Positions 59,636-64,000 of a DNA stretch of 64,000 nucleotides are shown in pieces; positions within the stretch are counted from its first letter, which is position 1, and every line of letters starts with the position of its first letter. The notes beneath the pieces are model-generated. The model saw only the letters and a program-made list of their open reading frames with translations. It did not search any database and was not told the DNA's origin. The translations under genes were made by a program, and so were the position numbers. Source of the DNA: Anthoceros angustus (lineage: Eukaryota; Plantae; Anthocerotophyta); contig MU008157.1 of the NCBI GenBank assembly GCA_010909165.1, positions 682,001 to 746,000 of the forward strand. Direction: 5' to 3'.

Positions 59636-61300
59636 ATGCACTCTGAGGAGGAGGATACAAGCCCACGCTACAGGCTTCGAACTCGCCACATTTCCAGCCG
59701 AGTCACCCCTGAGCGCCTACAGCCTAGGAGGAGGAGGACAGCAAGGCGACAACAGCGTTGGGTAGAGGAGGTGGAGGATAACATTAGGCCCGGGACACCA
59801 CCCGCTACCTCAAGATCTGTGGACAGCTGGTCTCCCTTGATCGAGCTCGCTACATCGCTGGTGCAGGACAACCTTGATTCCGAGGAGGAGGAGGCCCGTC
59901 CATACTCGGGACAGTCCCAAGCGCAGCTACAGCCGGGACAGTCCCAAGCGCGGCCATCCTCGGGACAGTCCCAGGGGCACCCATATTCGGGACAGTCCCA
60001 GGGGCTCCCATACTCGGGACAGTCCCAGGAACACCTATACTCGGGACAGTCCCAGGGGCACCCATACTCGGGACAGTCCCAGGGGCACCCACACTTGGGA
60101 CAGTCCCAGGGGCACCCATACTCGGACAGTCCCAGACTTGGGACAGTCCAGGCACCACACTTGGGACAGTCCCAAGTGCTAGTTGGAACAGTCCCAGGCT
60201 CAACCATACTTGGGATACTCGGGACAGTCCCAACTCCAACTCCACTTGGACCAGGATCTATCCGAGGATTCAGACACTATGGAGGGAGGAGGGACCTCTT
60301 ACAGGCAGGAGCGCTTTTCAGGAAGGCCAGGTACACAACCATTGCGGGACTTCAAGCTGTTTGTCAACAGCATGATCAGCCGAGTGAAGTTCAAGCATGG
60401 AACGGCGTACAATCATCGGTACATGTTCGAGCAGTTGTCCAGCTACTTGACAGATGAAGCGCTGGATTTGTATGAGGTCCACCAGGTTGAGTTGCTGTCC
60501 AGCAGCCACTCCTAACCCGATCTTTCAGAATGCGTTGCAGCTGGCCTACAATGCAAAGTTGGCCTCGGGATCATTGCGCATCAGGCTGGGATCGCTGATG
60601 GATCTGTCCAGCCACAGAGCCTCCACCCACAGTCACCAGCTTGACTGCAGCGGAGAGAACAGCGGCCACTTTGGGAGTGGATGAGTTCATTCACACGCCC
60701 AAACATGCCAACCCGGTGGAGGAGTTTCTGCAGATTCTGGAGAAGGCGTTTCCACTCAAGACGCCAGAGAAAATCGCTGAGCTTGCTAGCTTTGCGCGCA
60801 AGAAAGGGGAGACAGTCCAGATGACCTTCCGGAGGCTGCAGAAGTTGCGTGAAGGGACCGGAATGCTCACAGATCAGGAGGCCGCGGAGAAGTTCCTTAC
60901 AGCGCTGGAAGGGGACTCCTTGTTCCATTTCCAGCTTGTCACCTCTCTGGTGGACAAGTACGGAGACCGGTACACCCTTGAACAGGTGCACGAGGAGGCA
61001 GAGCGCAAGGAAATTGCCTTTTCTGCCTATGCCTCCCGGCATTCCAAGGCATTCACCCACTACCAGACCATGTTCAGCAGCAAAGGGGTGACTGCTGGGG
61101 GCGGGACCTCAGGATCAGTCCGGAGTAACCAGGCTAAACCGGCTAAAGCAGGTGCTGCAGCGACTGTGGAAGGCACATGTAATCGCTGTGGGAGTCCCGA
61201 GCACATGGCACCAGCATGCAAGTGTCCCCAGAGGGACTAGTGTGCTCCCATTGCCACAAGACGGGCCACCTGAAGCGGTGTGCTTCCAAAAGCATCCGGG
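59636..61300 (+). pseudogene. gag (frameshifted) with N-terminal 9-aa repeats and two zinc knuckles
   Basis: RFSGRPGTQPLRDFKLFVNS...; CNRCGSPEHMAPAC; CSHCHKTGHL(EAV)C after a 1-nt frameshift. Confidence 0.88.
59900..60233. repeat. 27-bp coding minisatellite (about 13 copies of the GGGACAGTCCC core)
   Basis: Unit ccatactcgggacagtcccaggggcac encodes PYSGQSQGH. Confidence 0.95.
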
Positions 61301-62284
61301 CGCGGAGCCAGCGGGAGGAGCTTCCAATGTGACGAGTGCGGGCACTAACACAGTTTCTGCCAGTGCCTCATCAGCGGGCGCAACTGGAGTTTCACGCAGC
61401 AAGCAGCAGCGTGACAAGGAAAAGGCCAAGGTGGCTGCAAGTGCTGATAAGGTCGCCTCGTTGGAGGCATCCATTGCAGCCCTCACCACGCAGATGGGTA
61501 CACTCATTGCCAGCCTTAACTCTGGTGCCTCAGCTGCAGCGTCCAAGCCTGTAGGAGCAGCCGCACTTGTTCCTATGCCAAGTGAGGATGAAGAAGACTA
61601 TGGACCACCGCACCAAGCTTGCGTGGTTCACTGTTCGCCCATCATGGAGCAGTCCTCATCGTTACCAGCAACATGGGTGGGTCAAGAATTGCACTCAGCA
61701 ATTGTAGACGCTGCATCTGGAACTTCTGGACCAGTCACTCGACCTCGAGGGGCGCGTGCGGCTATGCCTCAGTCCTTCAGCACGCTCCCATCAGGAGTGG
61801 TCCTCCCCATTCGAGGACAAGATCATCTCAGCAAGGATGCTGGCGGAATGGCACGCTCAAGGGACAGCACCCCGGAGCATTTACATCTGGGTCAGCTGTA
61901 CCTTGTGCCTCAAGCTCTCACTGCTGAACAGCTAGCTGGCTAGGAGATTGACAGCGACGCCGGTGTTCTCTCTTCATGACATGGGCTTGACTTCTGCGCA
62001 ACTACGCCAAGTGCTGGAGACAGGAACGGCGGATGCATCCATTGACAGACAGGCCCCTGTTACAGCTCTGGCTGATGCTGAATGTGAGGCATACCCACCT
62101 CCGTGCTTGGGACAGCCGGAGTTGTTCCCGACGGTGGGACAGGCTCCCTTGCCGGGACAGTTGGGGGTGCTTCCTCTCCAGGGCAGTCGAGGGGTGTACT
62201 CCACTCAACGAGCTTCTCCAAACCAAGGTCACCCCGGATTCAGCCAACCAATCGGTTGTCGGCCAGAGTTTCCAATACCATGGT

Positions 62285-62600
62285 GGACAACAGGAAGGGA
62301 CACGTGCTGATCAATGGGTATGCTCAAGCTCGTCCTCCTTGATACAGGTGCGCAGCCGGTGATCATTGGCAAGACACTGGCAGCCAGATTGCACCTAAGT
62401 GGTCCAGCCTTGCGTCGTTCACCTGGAACATCCGGACAGCATCAGGTTCCTTGGAACCGGTGTGTGGAGAAACATTGGCGCCGGTATCTATCACGTTGAA
62501 GCCTGGAGCGGATGCTGCCATGACATTGGCTCTTCATTGCCTTGTCACAACGGCAACCAACTCGACATACTCCTTGGACAGGAGTTCCTGTTTCCACCAG
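62285..62600 (+). pseudogene. Retropepsin-like aspartic protease
   Basis: LKLVLLDTGAQPVIIGKTLA, with the catalytic DTG at 62341. Confidence 0.85.
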
Positions 62601-63060
62601 GTGTCAGCGTGGATAACTGGATTGAGCAAGCTGCCTATCGCCCTGATTGGAGGAATGGAGGACAGCGCATTGCTTACATTCCATTGGACTTGCATGGCAG
62701 TATCGACGTGGGCGCTGTCACCTTGGTTACGCCACAGGTGCTGATGGCCACTCTACAATCAGACCCAGCGCCTTGGGACTCCACAGTCCCGTAGCCGAGA
62801 TTGTCTCAGTGGCTGTCCACGGCTCCTCGATACATGGAAGATTTGCTGGAGCCAGACCTCAGGATGACCATGGGACAGCCACCAGTCTGTCGGCTGCCAC
62901 ATGCCTTCGAGATGTCCTCCTGGACAGTGAGGGTGCTGATTCTTTGCAGCTCCTCACTCCACAAGTGCAGCAAGCGCTGCAGCAGCTACAGCCACCGCCG
63001 AATGTCCACGTTTCGTCTGGTGTCATTGACAAGTCTGTCATCACCTGGACACCACGGGCA

Positions 63061-63480
63061 CCGGGCATTACAATGCTGGAACTGTTCGGAGGATTGTGCA
63101 CAGGCCTGGAAGCTCTACTTCAGAATGGGCTAGTAGTCATGCGCTATATCTACTGCGACTCCTGTCCCGCAACCCGGCACATCGCTGAGTACAGGCTTCA
63201 AGGGCTGCAGCAGCGTTTTCCGCTCAATTGCCTGCCACGGCAACTGTCAGCACCTTTACAGCCTTCCTCAGGACATCCGGTACATACAGCCCGGCATGTT
63301 CAGCTACTCACCCCATCGACGTGGTGGTGGCAGGATGGGAGTGCCAAGGCTTCTCCCAAGCTGGCACAGGGCAGGTTTGCAGGACCCCCGCTCTGTTTTG
63401 GGACTTGCAGCGTGTTCTCACCTGGGTCCAGGAGTTCAACCCAGGGTGCGCTTATGTTCTGGAGAACACACCGCTCAGCT
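63061..63480 (+). pseudogene. C5 DNA-cytosine methyltransferase catalytic domain, N-terminal half (motifs I-VI), frameshifted and truncated
   Basis: Motif I MLELFGGLCTG, II YIYCD, III LPQDIR, IV IDVVVAGWECQGFSQAG, V (GLQ)DPRS.LF and VI YVLENT, in canonical order; needs about 3-4 single-base frame corrections. Confidence 0.88.
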
Positions 63481-63498
63481 GGATACTCGGCTGTCGGT

Positions 63499-64000
63499 GC
63501 CGGGACAGTTGTGCTTCCTCCAGGGCAGTCGAGGTGTACTCCACTCAACGAGCTTCTCCAAACCAAGGTCACCCCGATTCAGCCAACCAATCGGTTGTCG
63601 GAGTTTCCAATACCATGGTGGACAACAGGAAGGGACACGTGCTGATCAATGGGTATGCTCAAGCTCGTCCTCCTTGATACAGGTGCGCAGTGATCATTGG
63701 CAAGACACTGGCAGCCAGATTGCACCTAAGTGGTCCAGCCTTGCGTCGTTCACCTGGAACATCCGGACAGCATCAGGTTCCTTGGAACCGGTGTGTGGAG
63801 AAACATTGGCGCCGGTATCTATCACGTTGAAGCCTGGAACGGATGCTGCCATGACATTGGCTCTTCATTGCCTTGTCACAACGGCAACCAACTACGACAT
63901 ACTCCTTGGACAGGAGTTCCTGTTTCCACCAGGTGTCAGCGTGGATAACTGGATTGAGCAAGCTGCCTATCGCCCTGATTGGAGGAATGGAGGACAGCGC
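63499..64000 (+). repeat. Direct duplicate of 62151-62668 (protease region)
   Basis: gccgggacagtt...ggaggacagcgc is repeated at a period of about 1,348 bp; the second copy carries extra small deletions. Confidence 0.95.

Larger units (their letters stand above)
58334..64000 (+). mobile_element. Ty3/gypsy-like LTR retrotransposon carrying a DNA cytosine methyltransferase; runs off the right edge
   Basis: Begins TGTAGGG exactly where the copia integrase is cut; LTR-like 22-bp repeats and TATA; gag with two CCHC knuckles; aspartic protease; then C5-MTase motifs. RT/INT are not in the window, so the superfamily is inferred from gag and protease. Confidence 0.8.

Noticed and set aside
59900-60233. 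CRISPR-like array
   Set aside because: Repeats are contiguous with no unique spacers, lie in frame within gag, and no cas genes are present in this eukaryotic context.
1-64000. rRNA, tRNA or organellar DNA insertions
   Set aside because: I recognised none by eye; tRNAscan-SE, Infernal and a BLAST against organellar genomes would be needed to exclude them.

Overview
Nuclear DNA of a seed-free land plant. Evidence: ~80-110 nt GT-AG introns, long PLS-class PPR editing factors, a DYW:KP-type fragment and the flagellar gene PACRG; a hornwort-like genome is my inference. Bases 1-44 kb are gene-dense: two tandem PLS-PPR ORFs, ALG9, two conserved hypothetical genes, a USP, AMP deaminase, a PHD+2xMBD protein, PACRG, an intronless PILS gene inside an AT-rich island, an F-box, an ATL RING-H2, an ACBP-like protein ending in SRL, and AP-3 beta. 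Bases 44.9-64 kb are nested transposons: a gag-only Ty3/gypsy-like element is interrupted by a Ty1/copia, and the copia is interrupted by an 8.4-kb CACTA element (perfect 16-bp TIRs, ATC target duplication) and by a Ty3/gypsy-like element. The best candidate for a new system is this last element, which carries a C5 DNA-cytosine methyltransferase domain directly after its protease. The second candidate is the PPR pair: both ORFs are in the same frame and are separated by a plausible 102-nt intron whose removal would fuse them into one protein of more than 2,000 aa. All calls come from reading motifs by eye; no database searches were run, and exon boundaries and several start codons are approximate.
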